DNA of 64,000 nucleotides from Marsupella aquatica (lineage: Eukaryota > Plantae > Marchantiophyta), in contig OZ316897.1 of NCBI GenBank assembly GCA_973895155.1, positions 17,704,457-17,768,456 on the forward strand, written 5' to 3'. The stretch's first letter is position 1; the number at the start of each line of letters is the position of its first letter. Position numbers and translations under genes: made by a program. The notes under the pieces are model-generated. The model was given only the letters and a program-made list of their open reading frames with translations, had not been told where the DNA came from and ran no database searches. This document shows, piece after piece, positions 26,075 through 38,550 of this stretch.

Positions 26075-29000
26075 ATGGACAAGATATCAATGGAACTTTG
26101 GGTTTCTTATACTTTTGTGGATGGCAAGCTTTTCGGAGAGGACATTCTGGAGCCTGTGGGCTAGTCCACTCTCGTCACATAACGACCGGAATTGTGTAAC
26201 GTCCAGGATTCTGAAGTTGAAACGGAGCTGAAGACTGCCCTAGAGGAAGCATGTTTGGAAGCAGGCGTCACTCTCACCTCAACACAGTTCTCTTCCAGGG
26301 TACGTGGCATTTCTCTAACATCAATGAGCGTATGACCCATAAACGAAATGCAATATCAGCGAACGTTGCAGCGTTGTAGGATTCATTTGAGCAAGTGTGC
26401 ATGTTTTGGTCACTGATAGTTTGCTCTTTCTATGTTGAAGGCTGGTTTTTGGCTTTGGGAAGAGCCAGATGCAGCACCGTTAGGAAAGCTTGCCGGATGG
26501 TTTGCTTCAGCAAGAAAGAGAAGCTTCTGGCCCTTACCTCGGCCGGAGAAGGCAAAGCTTTTAGAATCCTTCAACTCCCAAGATTCTTCAGGGACTACTC
26601 TCAGGTCGAACAACACCTGCCTTTTTGATAAGCAAAAGCATGTACTTGGATTATTTATTTACTTTTCCGTTTCATCCATTGATTGACGTCGCGAAGTGCT
26701 CTGCGAAGCATGCTATGGTGAGAGACTTGAATATACACCGGTGTCAACTGGCAGCTCAGAAGAATCAAATAATATCACTGTAGATGCCAGCGCAAGCAGA
26801 GAGCCAGAATTCTCAGAGTCGAGCCTGAAAGAGAGATTGGGGAAAGCCGTTGAGCTGGATATTCGCTCTGGAAGCTTTTCATGGGACAGTCTTCTTACTG
26901 TATGTCGAAGTGAACATATGAAATCATCTGAAGATGAAGATGACAAGTCTGGAGCTATCGAGGTACTTCCTCCATGCCAAGCTGTGGATTTTCGTTGTCT
27001 AAGAACTCTGCTGTCCAATGGATGTTGCTGCCCTTTGTACTTCCTTAACAACAAATATTGATATGTATACGGAGCGTATGACTTCTATTAGCCCTTCAGT
27101 TCACACCCAGCGTGAGACTCAAGCGTTTCCTCATCGTGCTCGATGAGATGATATCCCTGGTTTATGGATCCTCATGGAAGTCTGTTGAACCTGGTAAAGT
27201 GTTCAGCATAGAGAGTGTATTGAGTTTATATGCTACTATGAACCTCATAATTTTAATTGTTGAGGCGCAATGAATACTTGTTTTATAAATTGATTGAGCT
27301 GGGTTGGTTGTATGCTTAGGTGACAGTGAACTCAGGTGGAGTTGTATACTATTCTCTGTTTCAAAGTGAAAGTTCTGAGGGTGGTGAGTCTGCAGCCTGC
27401 ATTAAGTTTGCACCATCCCGTTTGGCTACCCAGTCAGAACTATTGGGCCTGGAGTTGGCACGGCACTTGGGAGTTCAAACCCCACAGGTGATGAATTTAT
27501 ACGTAATTGTCATTTCGTCCTGGTAAAGGACCGATAATATGGGCTTAAGGCCCTTCGTTGAAACTACCCTAAGTAGGTTATCATAGTAAAGCGTAGCATC
27601 CATCGAGTTACTTTGACTTTGGAGCGCATGTTTTATTTTAGAATCACTTTATGGTCTATGGTGCTGACTAAAATATACCACTCCTTCTCCAAGCAAAGAG
27701 GATGATGACGAGTAAGGTAAAAGATTTGTTATAAAATAAAAACTTTTAACAAAGGTATTCTTGTGCAGGCTCGAGTTATTCACAATGGTTCACCAGAATG
27801 GTCGGACATCGTTTTCTCTGTGGAGACGGCCAAAGACAGAATGAAAGCTGAAGGCAATAAGATCGGAGAAAGTACCTGTGAAGAGCTTCTCGAAGCTTTG
27901 AGTATTAACCGAAGTCTGCTGCTCATGGGGTAACTCCCTGAGTTTTCATTTCTCCAAATTGAGCTTTGGCTGCTGCTGCGTAAGTTACGTCTTTTAAGAA
28001 AGAAATACTATTGTTCCAAATAAAGCTTTGAAGAATCCCAGCGCTTCTTCCTTAGATTAAGAAGCCTGACTGCTGAGCCGATATCTTAGCCTTGTGGAAT
28101 AAATAACTTCTCTTCTATCTGATGCACTCGTTATCCTTGGAAAACTGAGATCTTATATTAAGACTTCAGGTACATTGATGGAGGACCTTTGTTGGACTAT
28201 CCCGAGGCGTTTGATCTTCAAGAAACAGCAGAGACGACTGCAGCAACACTAGGCCGGGTGCTTTGCTTGGATCTCGTTCTTCGAAATGAGGATCGTCTTG
28301 TCTGTAAGCAGTTGGGATGGCGAGGAAATCATGGGAATCTTATGGCTACTAGGAAACAAGTTCGTGGCACACGACCCCACAAAGAGGACGACTCAAGGCC
28401 TTTCCTTCCAAGGAGGCGAGGAGGTGCTGAAAACACTAGGCAGACCTGGGACTTACGTAAGCATCTTCGAAATCAATTTGACAAGACTGTTGGGAGAGCT
28501 TCTTCAGCTAGCACAAGTTCTGCTGCAGCAATGCTACTTGAAGATTCTACTGAACTTAGTGGTCACCCGACCAGGAGTGACATCGGGAATGGTGAGAAAT
28601 CGCAGTTGTGCATTGTGGGCATTGATTCAGGGGTACCAAGGAGACCTCCGTCCTCCAAGACACAGAAAGATAAGACAGAATATCCAAAGTTTGTGGAACT
28701 TCTCCTCAATGACGAGGCTGTAGCCTCAGAAATTCTTCAAGAAATCTCTAGCAACAGGTTGGGGTGTCTTTCCCAGGCAGATGCAGCGTTGGAGGGTGAA
28801 GTCCAGATGAAGGTGGGTTTAGACCAGAAGAAAGTCGTGAAGGCTTTCCAAGAAGGATTTAAAGCTGGAGCACATGATATGCAGGACCTAAGCAGGTTTC
28901 TGGTGAAGTTGTTCAGAACTCTGAACCAGGTGCTGAAAGAGTTTGTCACTTATATGGCCAGTATTGAAGATGAAAAAGTGAACGAAGACTCTCCATCTTC

Positions 29001-31407
29001 AAATCATGCATCCCGGCGTTGTTCCGTGAAGAATGATTCCCCTTCAGTAAACGAGGTCCAAACAGAACTGGAGGGTTTGACTGTGGAACCTGTTGAAAGG
29101 TACAAGGAGTCCGCGGAAGCAGATAAACAGCAAAATTCAGATCCCAGCCCAATTCTGAGAACTTCACCCTTGCAACAGGATTCGCCTGACCAGAGTGAGA
29201 CCTCATTGAGCGGGTCTTCTACGCCCTGGACTCGACCCTTGCAACAGAATTCACCTGACCAGAGTGAGTCCTCATCGAGCGGGTCTTCTATTCCCCGGAC
29301 TCCACCCTTGCAACAGGATTCACCTGACCAGAGTGAGTCCTCATTGAGTGGGTCTTCTATTCCCCGGACTCCACCCTTGCAACAGGATTCACCTGACCAG
29401 AGTGAGTTCTCATTGAATGGGTCTTCTATTCCCCGGACTCCAACTATGCAACAAAATGTACCAGGTCAGCGTGAGTCTTCTGTTGGCAGGCATTCTCGAA
29501 AATCATCTTCGAGGGAAAAGTCTGTAGGAAGCTGGAGTGGGAAATTGATGGAAAGCAAAGCCAGAAGCCCTCAGTTCAGCCCTCGTTTAACACTCAAGCT
29601 CAAGAACGTTAACAAGTCGGCAAAGGTGCAGTGACCTTTTCTCAAGCTTCCCTGTTTCAAAATTGCACGAGTAATACGATTTTATTGAACTTATTCCATG
29701 TGTTTGATGCGCCTCTATATCTAGTTCCATATATGAGTAGTGCTATGGTTAGTTCGGTGGGCCAATAGAACTCCTAAACCATTGGCACATATAGATATCT
29801 ATAAGTCACAATTTTACTGATTTGAATTGTGGAGATCCCGGTGAGGTGAAGCTCGGCCAGGTGCATGATGGAACGTGATAGTGTAATTGCAGGTGGATAG
29901 TGAGCTTTGCAAGGAGCTAGACTGGTGGGATGCAAGAATACGTCAAGAATGCAGAAGATTGTGTAAAGAGCAGGGTTTCACGACAGGTTTTCTGGACCAC
30001 AGCAGCAGCCACAGCTTGGTGGACAGTTATGAGCTCAAGGTAGGAAGGTATCATCTAGTCTTGTCTAACCTTATCTCAATTGGGATGTTAGTACTGCGTC
30101 TCGAAATCTCTTAGCAACGTACGTACTCATCGGGCTTGTGGAAAATTTCGGAGGTCATTACTGGTATTGTAGGGATGGTGGTGGATTTCGTTGCTTGTGT
30201 TAATGGGGTACCTTCGAGGTACGTTAAGGTGGGATTGCTGACCCAACAATGTGGAATTTTCAGATTCGACTGGATCATCTCCTGGAAAGAATGGAATTAA
30301 TAGTACACGGGGTGGAGACGGAGAGGCCCTCCTGTATTCTCAAGTTTCTATATATTGGTGGAGCCTTGGCTGCAAAGTCGTTTCATACGCTTCAAGTCAT
30401 CGGCATAACAGATGTTCTTTGTTTGTGCCCCAATGAGATAAGCCTAGAGGACGAGTATCCAGTTTCATTTGCGGTCAAAAGCTTTCAGGTATCAATTGAA
30501 ATCCTAGCCTCATCCTTCTATTCTTCCAATTCTCCAGGGACGATACTGTTCCGAAACACTACTACGCAATTGAGCCCTCACATCTGTCCCTTGATGGCAC
30601 TCTATGCTGATCCTGTTATGTTCTGAAACAGGTCAGGGATACCGAGGATGAAAATATCAGTCAGTACGTTGAGGATGCTTCAGTATATATCGACTCTGTA
30701 GAGGCAAAAGGAGGCACTATCCTTGTTCATTGCTTTGAAGGCAAAAGCCGGAGTGCAGCAGTCATTCTGGCATATCTGATGCTCCGAAAGTAAGAGTTTT
30801 TTTTTAAACGGGGGTCCAGGTGGCAAGCTTGTTTATTCATTTTTTCTTCTTGGAATTCAGTGTACGTCATGGGGATTTAGTTCAGGACAGGTAGAATATC
30901 TGTGGAGTATTCATGTATGTCCATTCCTCTCTTCAAATATTCAGTACTGAATAGTAAATGTTGAATTAAGTCACTGGCTCGACTAATATTTGGTGCGAAG
31001 TAACGAGACCAACCGCTATTGATGGTGGAAAATACTCGATTTACATTTTAAAGGATGTTCTGGATGTCTGTAGGGGGCAAACTTTGTTTCAAGCATGGGG
31101 ACTTTTGAAGGCGGCCCATCCACGTGCACAGCCAAATGATGGGTTTATGAAAATCCTGGTCGGGCTGGATAAGCAGCTCCATGGCAAGGTATCCATGGAT
31201 TGGCAACAGAAGAAACCAGAAATTCGAATGTGTCCCATCTGTGGTAGGAGTGCTGGGATCAGCAATAGCTCACTGCGTCAGCATCTTCGAAGGGCCCATC
31301 CTGATGTCACTCAGGTTCCGTTAACGACGAGCAACAGTCCAGAGTCTCAACAAATTGAGAACGCGACTGCTCCATTGGAAAACTTGTTGTCAGCAGTTGG
31401 AGTTTGA
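26075..31407 (+). CDS. PHS1: PHS1-type atypical (actin-fragmin-like) tubulin kinase fused to a dual-specificity phosphatase; 5' exons tentative
   Basis: Exons ~26207-26299, 26441-26604, 26725-26962, 27320-27487, 27769-27929, 28170-29625, 29893-30039, 30264-30488, 30632-30789, 31074-31407. Motifs SLKERLGKA, VTVNSGGVV, IKFAPSRLATQSE, LDLVLRNEDRL..WRGN, DSP active site VHCFEGKSRS, AQPNDGF and C-terminal CPICG...HLRRAH. Start codon uncertain. Confidence 0.9.
29161..29482 (+). repeat. Coding 69-bp (23-aa) tandem repeat, ~4.6 copies, inside PHS1
   Basis: Units start at 29161, 29230, 29299, 29368 and 29437; consensus TPPLQQDSPDQSESSLSGSSIPR. Confidence 0.95.
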
Positions 31408-31418
31408 GACTACAAATG

Positions 31419-31660
31419 AGCTTTGTCCATCAATGCATAGTTTTCATTAGAACCAAAGCAGCATTGTACATATTGCCAAGCTTTGGATCGGTCACTGGGA
31501 TTTCCTCTGCGATAATCTCTTCATTGGGTAAAACTCCACCAGCTTTGTCCATCAATGGATAGTATTCATTAGAGCCAAAGCTGCATTGTATATATTGCCA
31601 AGCTTTGGATCGGTCACTGGGATTTCCTCTGCGATATTCTCTTCATTGGGTCAAATTTCA
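31419..31660. repeat. ~122 bp direct duplication just after the PHS1 stop codon
   Basis: AGCTTTGTCCATCAATG...CTCTTCATTGGGT at 31419 and 31541, few mismatches. Confidence 0.9.
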
Positions 31661-33323
31661 CGGAAGGTGGAAAATCGCAAATCAGCCATGAAGACGGTTG
31701 TGACTGGAATCGCATCGGTGTGATCTGTGACGTCTCCTTCGCATGCACTGATGCAATAGATGTATTTTGTGTTGGGAGTTTCCTTCTATTTGAAGTTTAG
31801 GATTTTGAACGGGTTAGAGTTTAACTGTTTAATTTCATATGGACCTACTTTCCATCAGGGGTGCGACTATAGGTGCAATGTACAAGCTACCATTATGATT
31901 TGAACAGTGCTGTTTTCAAGAGTTCTGACCCTCAGGTCCAGTTTTCAAGAGCTCTGACCTTCAGGCTCGTCGTGCTGACATCTACACACGACATGACCAA
32001 ACAATTTCTGTCTTTCTCCTAAGATGTTTGAAGAAAACTTCCTCTTTCAAGGATCCTAATGCTGATGTGTAGTGCTCGAAACAGTCCGCGCAAGCCAACG
32101 CAACGTGAGGCTATGACAAAATAAATACAGGGTGACGTCTTTGGAGGGCTGCGAATGTTTACTACGTTGCAAACTTCAACCATTCCTGACTTCCAATCTC
32201 TCCAGACGAGCTGGGAAGATATTCTGCCATAGTAGCAGAATTAATTCCCGAATGACTCGGCCGACCACAAATTTTCATCCCACTGCATAGAGCCTTCCAC
32301 AATCGAACAACTATAGGTAGACTCACACCACCACACAAGCGATTCACTGAACTCTTTCTGTTGCACATGCATACATAGGGATAGTTCTCATTTTCACCTT
32401 CCACAAACTTCCTACCACTTAACTCCTGAAATTTGTGTGAGACACGGAAACACAGACCAGAATAGTTGTAACATTGGATCCTCTCTTTCGCCAGAGACAC
32501 CGTTTCCCGCAGCCTGGACAAAGGGCCTAACACGTAGTGAACTGATAGAAAGCTCAACACCACGCAAAAAGTATCCAGATCATGCAAAATGTGTCTGTTT
32601 CCGCCGATTAAATTATCCCATTAAAGGAAGAAGGTCGCATATTTAGTTTTTCCCTCACGGAAAATGGAGAGTCTATGATTTGGATATTCCAGCCATTTTC
32701 GACTTTGTAGAGTGACATTTCTACATCGCTTCAAGGGGTGATAGATATTCTTCGCAAACAACATGCCCCCATTGTTGTAAAATCGATTACTGTGAGCAGA
32801 TCAGAAAGACAACGCCTTCATCGGCAGTAAGGATCCAAGTGGAGAAGGCAATTTGACCTTCGTGACCTAAGCTCGTTGGAAGGCAAAATTTTGGATCAGA
32901 AATCTGCATCTCCAACTCCTCTTCTCAGAACCTTTGAACTAAATTTAAGCTCTGGTACAATCTGGACGTCTAGATCAAGCACTACAATTTAACGCTAATG
33001 CCTGAGATCTGATCACTCGGGGAAGACATTTCTATAGCCAGGCTTTTCGAGAAAAGAATCGCTTGTGGGAGACAGAAATCCGGACCTTACATGCCAACGT
33101 TGTTCCAATCTCAGAACAGTTGCAATAGTTATCATGTGAAATCAGGCGCGATCTACTGAACTCACATGAGGTCCAACTTCAGCTTGTGTACCGGTGATTG
33201 TATCCTTCTGATCACGCGCCAAAAATCTTTGAAGCTCAATGTCAATCAACCTGTGTCCTCCGTATTCTCACCGACGAGTGGTATGTACACTTGGGATGTC
33301 TTCGACAAGCCCCTCAATGTCAT

Positions 33324-36133
33324 CTATGATGTTTCAGGAACGAAATCACTGCCTTGGCCATTCGTTTCCCAAAGCCATTTCCAGTATTTGTTCAGCATAA
33401 GATCATCGGGCTCAACCTCTCGCCAGAGTCCTTGACAAAAGATGGCATATGCATCAGCGGCATACCTGTCAGTCAGTAAACCACAATCAGAATCTTTGCA
33501 AGGAAACATGACTATCGAAACACTCCAATAGATGCCTGAACAGTCCAGAAAAGAGGATGTCCAGACAGATGTGACGACGTCATATATGTACGGCGACAAA
33601 CCCTTCGATGCTACACGTTCAAGACAACCTACTGCAATATTCTGAAGAAGTTCGGCTACATTCATCACCCTACCCTGGCAATCCAAGACCAATTCACTGA
33701 ACAACAGAGACAACATTCCTATCTTAAGTCTTCTCCATTCATATGTAAGGAAGAATGAATTCTTGTCAGAGCCATATTTACAATGAACGACTTACTTTCC
33801 GATCCCGTGCAGTTGAGTAACATTTGTCCAGTCACCGCGCAAGTATTCCGTAGAAAATCGCTGAATCATCTTCGCTCGCTTGTTCTGTAGACCCAAGGAG
33901 TACACTTTCTCTGCTATCTTGGCAGTATCCATGTTTATAGCCGTTTCTGCGTCAGGACAGAGGCTGAAAAGGTCCCATATCACCTTGTGCATCTGTACAA
34001 GAAACTGAGTAATACCGTCAGATCCCAGCGCTTAACTGAGAGTGTGAAGTATTAAAGACCGTCCCGAGACAAAAAATATAGATGAACCACCTGATAGAAT
34101 TAATGAAACGCGATTCACCCAATAAAGCCAAAGCAATACGCATAGTGCAACGGGATATAACAAATCGGAACATTTTGTTGCAAAAGAATACACCGAGTAA
34201 TCTAGACAGAGTCTCTCATCGCAATAATATGGAGGGCTCGAGAGAAACGAGCTCTTACCTGCCGTCCGGCAGTCTTGTTGAGAAGCATACACGACAGCAA
34301 GACCTTCCAGGGATCTTTGTACAGACTCTCTTGAATTAAACCGAAAGGCGATGCAGGAGGGGCCCAATTCTCGTCTCTAATCACACTTCCAGGACACAGC
34401 CCTGTTGCAGAAGCACTATCCTCTCCATCCTTCGCTTTTCTCCGTTTCCGCACCTTCTTCTCGACGACAGTTATTTGTTGCTGCTCATACACTTCAGCAT
34501 CCCTGGAATATCCATTGCTTCGGTGATCCTCCATCATCATCGCCCTACCTTCTCTGGAGGTTTGTTCGGCACCAGATGTGGAGAAATGGCCCATTTTATA
34601 GGCACCGTGGTGTTCATAGGCTTCCACTTGTTGCTGTGGCCTACTGCGATTATAAAGTGACTTCTCCTCGGTAACTTGGTGGTAATCAATCTCCACTTTC
34701 GGTTGTTTTCGACGGCGGGGAGTGGGCTCCTTTTCTGCTTTGGGAACTGCCGCTCTGCTCCGCTTCTTCACAACTTTCTCCTCCGGTTTCACCATCTGCT
34801 GCTGTTGATGATTGATAACTGCTCGAGATGCTGCTGCAGGATGGTGCTGGTGGTGTTGCATCGTCAGTCTCCTCCGTTCATCCTCGCTACCGGAAGAATT
34901 CTCCACCGCGGCAGGCTTTTCAGAATGTCTGACGGTGAATTGCTTTGGATCCTTCATCATCGCAGCTTTCACAGCCGCAAGAATTTCTCTCGCTCTCTCT
35001 AACGTCACACGCGCTTTGTTATCTGTGCTGAATCGCATCCTCTCTCGGTTTGTCCCTGTCGTCGTCGTAACCCCATCTACTCCGTTCGCTTTCTTCCTCG
35101 GGGCCGCAGGAGCCCTCCCCTTCTTCGGCTTCGCTTCCACTATGCTGCCGTTCCTAAGAGGTGGAGCAACAACGACGTTTGCAGCCGGTGCCGGTGCCGG
35201 TGTTGCTGCTACTGCTTTCCTCTTCGCTGTATCCATCATTCCTCTGGCGGGCTTCTCAGGCACACGGACGACTGGCACCACCTCCCGCTTATGTTGATGA
35301 TGCCGTTGATGATGATGACTATCACTCGCGGCACTCGCAGCGGACGACTTCCCTCGCTCAGTGATTCCTCGAGACACTGCCGGGGGTGGTGGCGGGGGCA
35401 ATCCTCGCTCATCATCACTTTCCTCCAATCCATCAAGTCCTCCTACTTCCTCTGGAGAAAAAGCCAATTCTAATTCTCTCTCTCGTTCTCTGTGGCTTAT
35501 GCCTCGAGCTCTCGCGACCGGTGGTGGTGAATCGTGAACGGGATGATGTTCGTCCTCATCGTAACCCTCGTCCTCTGTCCCGACATCCTCGTGCTCTTCA
35601 AATCCATGTCTCGAATCCCGTCCTCGATTACTAGCACTACCTCCACGATGATGATGATGATCCATCGAAGCTAAAACGAGATGTTGATCGTCTTCGTCCT
35701 CTTCTGGCTCTTCTGCTTCCTCGTCTACCTCTTCCTCTCCTTCCTCTTCTGGTTCTTCCTCCTCTTCCTCCTCGTCTACTGCTGCTGGTCCTCTTCCATT
35801 CACCGCTCCGTTATGTTCATAATCATCGGAATACTCCTCCGCAGCGACCTCTTCAGCGTCCTCCTCGCGTTCCTCCTCCTCCTCCTGCTCTTCGTCGTCG
35901 TCAGAACTGTCTCCTCCACCATCCGACATACTCACACCATTGCTTAAACCTACACGCCTTCTCTTCAGAGGCACGGCATCGCCGTTGCTCCACCGATAGG
36001 GGGAGCCTGCTACTCCTCCACTCATCGCAACCTTCGTGTTGCTGCCGTTCATTTCTTCGCTTGCTGCTCCTCGCTCGCTCGTTCCTCCTGCTGCTCCTGA
36101 TCCAGATCCTCCGACGACCTTCTCTGCCGCCAT
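33324..36133 (-). CDS. MBD4L: MBD4-like HhH-GPD DNA glycosylase; exons 36133-34259, 33992-33796, 33465-33324 (~737 aa)
   Basis: [55 protein letters not shown] and [17 protein letters not shown]...[10 protein letters not shown] match the MBD4 glycosylase domain. Splice phases 0 and 2 are consistent. No MBD domain, as in plant MBD4L. Confidence 0.92.
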
Positions 36134-38070
36134 CTCTGCACCCCTTCCCCCTTTTCCTTTCGGGCCAGGTCGTCGTCGTCGAAGGTCTCGTCGTCTTCTC
36201 CTCCTCCTAGCCCGCTCCGCTCCTCGACCACCACCACCTCATCATCGTCATCATCCGCTGCCATCCCATCCCTCCCATCCGCGCGCCTCCTGCCCTCCCT
36301 CCTCCTCGCCTCGTCCACCTTCTCGACCCTCCCTCCTCCAGTCCTGTTACAATCCTCATCGCCACCTTCTACGTCGCGGCTCCCGGCGGCCAGCCCCCTT
36401 CTGACCGCACCACGATGCACGGGCGAGGCACGAGTGTGGTGGTGGTGTGGTGTCTGTCGACCGACGACGACGACGACGACGGTCGACCACAACCAACGAC
36501 TTACTTACACTGCTCTCGGCGCCTCTCTCGAGGACGATCCCTCCTTGTCTCACCTCTGCTCTGCGACTACTCACTACTACTCTCAGCTCTCGTGTAATCT
36601 TCTCCCTCACGACATTGCTCCAACCATTCCTCCGCCCACGAGTCTCCGCCGTGCCGAATCGCACCACTGCTGCTGCTACTTCTACGCTTCTTGTCGTCGA
36701 CGAATCCAAATCGGTTCCTCCCCGCCAATCCCGAATCCTTCTCTCCTTCCTCCGGTAAAATTTTATCCCCCCCTTCTCGTGTGGACCGCAATAATCTCCT
36801 TGCCCTCGCCCTCCACAAGATCCAAATCGAGGGAACCGTCCCGTCCTCCTGCTCCTCCTGATGCTGCTGCCTCCTTTCGGTCCTCGTCCATCCCACCTAG
36901 AGCCTGCCTCCCTCCTCCCTGCCGAACACCCTGCCTGCCTTCGCCTCCTGCCCGTCCGGACCCATCCCTCCTCCTCCGTCCCTCCCCCCGTTCCTTCCCA
37001 AATCACTCGTGCAGCCATCGTGCGCTCCTCTCTCTCTCTCTCCCTCTCTCTCCCTCTCTCTCTCCGCTCAAACCCCGGAGTCCCGCCCTTTCCGATCTAT
37101 CCGTTTCTTCGCTTCCGCCCTCGAGTTAAGCTTAACTCGGCTTCGGCCATGTTCGTTCTTTTTTCCCGGGCCACACCTGCAGCAGTCCGTTCCGTCCCCG
37201 TCCCCACGGCCCGTCCTCGCCCATCAGACTCTGTGTCTCTTCGCTCGTTTCGCGCTGCGGATCAGACGGTAGATCGTTCTTCTTCGTAGACTCCCCCTCC
37301 TCCGAGTACTGTAGCGGGACGAAACGAACGACCAAAGCGAACCAAAGCGAACCAAACGAGAGCGGGACGAAGATCCCCTTCCTTCCTCTCACTAGTAGTG
37401 GTGGTAGACTGCTGCAGCAGCACGTTTGCGACGGTACTACTGCGTAGCAGTACTACTAACTGCTACTACTACACTACCACACCACACCACACCACCACCG
37501 ATGAACTTCTTCGAGGTCGTCGTTCGGTACTTCGGTCGTTCGTTCCCACGAAAGACAACACTGCCCACGACGACCACGACGACGACAATTATCATCGATG
37601 CCTGCCGCGTCACGCCACGCCACGCCGTGCCGCGCCGCGAAACGGCATACTCATTCGCTGGGCGATGCCATGCGCGCGCGCTGCCATTGGGGTAGCCCCT
37701 TCGCTTCCTCGCCGTGACCTCGAGTCCTCGACTGCCCTCGTGCTTTCCGCCACGCACCTCGGAGGGCGGAGCCGCTCCTCGCGATGCGAGAACAAAGCGA
37801 GGTCCTGCCCGGCAGCCCGCCGATAGAGGACGCACACTACTCCTGTCCTGTCCAGACGTCCAGTCCAGTCCTAGTATTGTAGTGTAGTGTAGTGTAGTGT
37901 AGTGTAGTGTAGTGTAGTGTACACCCCTTTACCGCCGATTGTTGATTCCAGGCGAGCGGAGTCGAAATCTCGTCGGGCCCTCGTGTGATCGATGTTGGGG
38001 AATGGTCGTGACTGGGGAGGCTGTTGGCGACGACGACGAGGACCACGTGGGACGGCCCGGGTTGTCGCGC
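36134..38070. promoter_or_regulatory. GC/CpG-rich low-complexity island, the likely 5' leader/promoter of MBD4L
   Basis: Sharply raised GC and CpG content, (GAC)n/(CAC)n tracts, (CT)n at 37027-37062 (GA on the gene strand) and many spurious low-complexity ORFs. Confidence 0.55.
37878..37921. repeat. (TGTAG)n pentanucleotide microsatellite
   Basis: About 8-9 perfect units. Confidence 0.95.
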
Positions 38071-38550
38071 CGACGCATTCCACATTACACACCCCAATGT
38101 TACAGAGTACACTTGCCAGCAGTGTCCATTGTTACACATGCAAGCATCCCAACATTACAGGTTACACCAATCCCGTGCCGATGCATTCCACATCACATGC
38201 TTTCCAGTACATTTACCAGCGCTATTCATTAGGGCGTCTCATGTTGACATTTTCACACATTGCTGCAACCCCTTTCAAATCTGACTGCCTAAAATAGCAG
38301 TACTCGGCTATACCCACTTTGGTGCGCCCAAGCGTATTGCGGGACGCCATGAGGTGTTGTTTTTTTTTAAATTTGAGACGCCAGCATTACATGTTACACC
38401 TATCTTGCACTGATGGATGTCACATCACACATCCCAACATTACATGTTACACCTATCGTGTACTGATGCATTCCACATTACACATCCCACTATTACACAA
38501 CACGCATACCATCACACAACACAGATCCAGCCCCATTACATATCACACTA
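38070..38550. repeat. Degenerate ~53 bp minisatellite
   Basis: CATTACATGTTACACCTATC.TG.ACTGATG.AT..CACAT.ACACATCCCA at 38385 and 38438, with diverged copies near 38072 and 38150. Confidence 0.7.

Noticed and set aside
36036-38300. Many long ORFs on both strands (e.g. 36434-37129, 36356-37018, 37398-37826)
   Set aside because: GC-rich low-complexity sequence is poor in stop codons and the translations show no domains.
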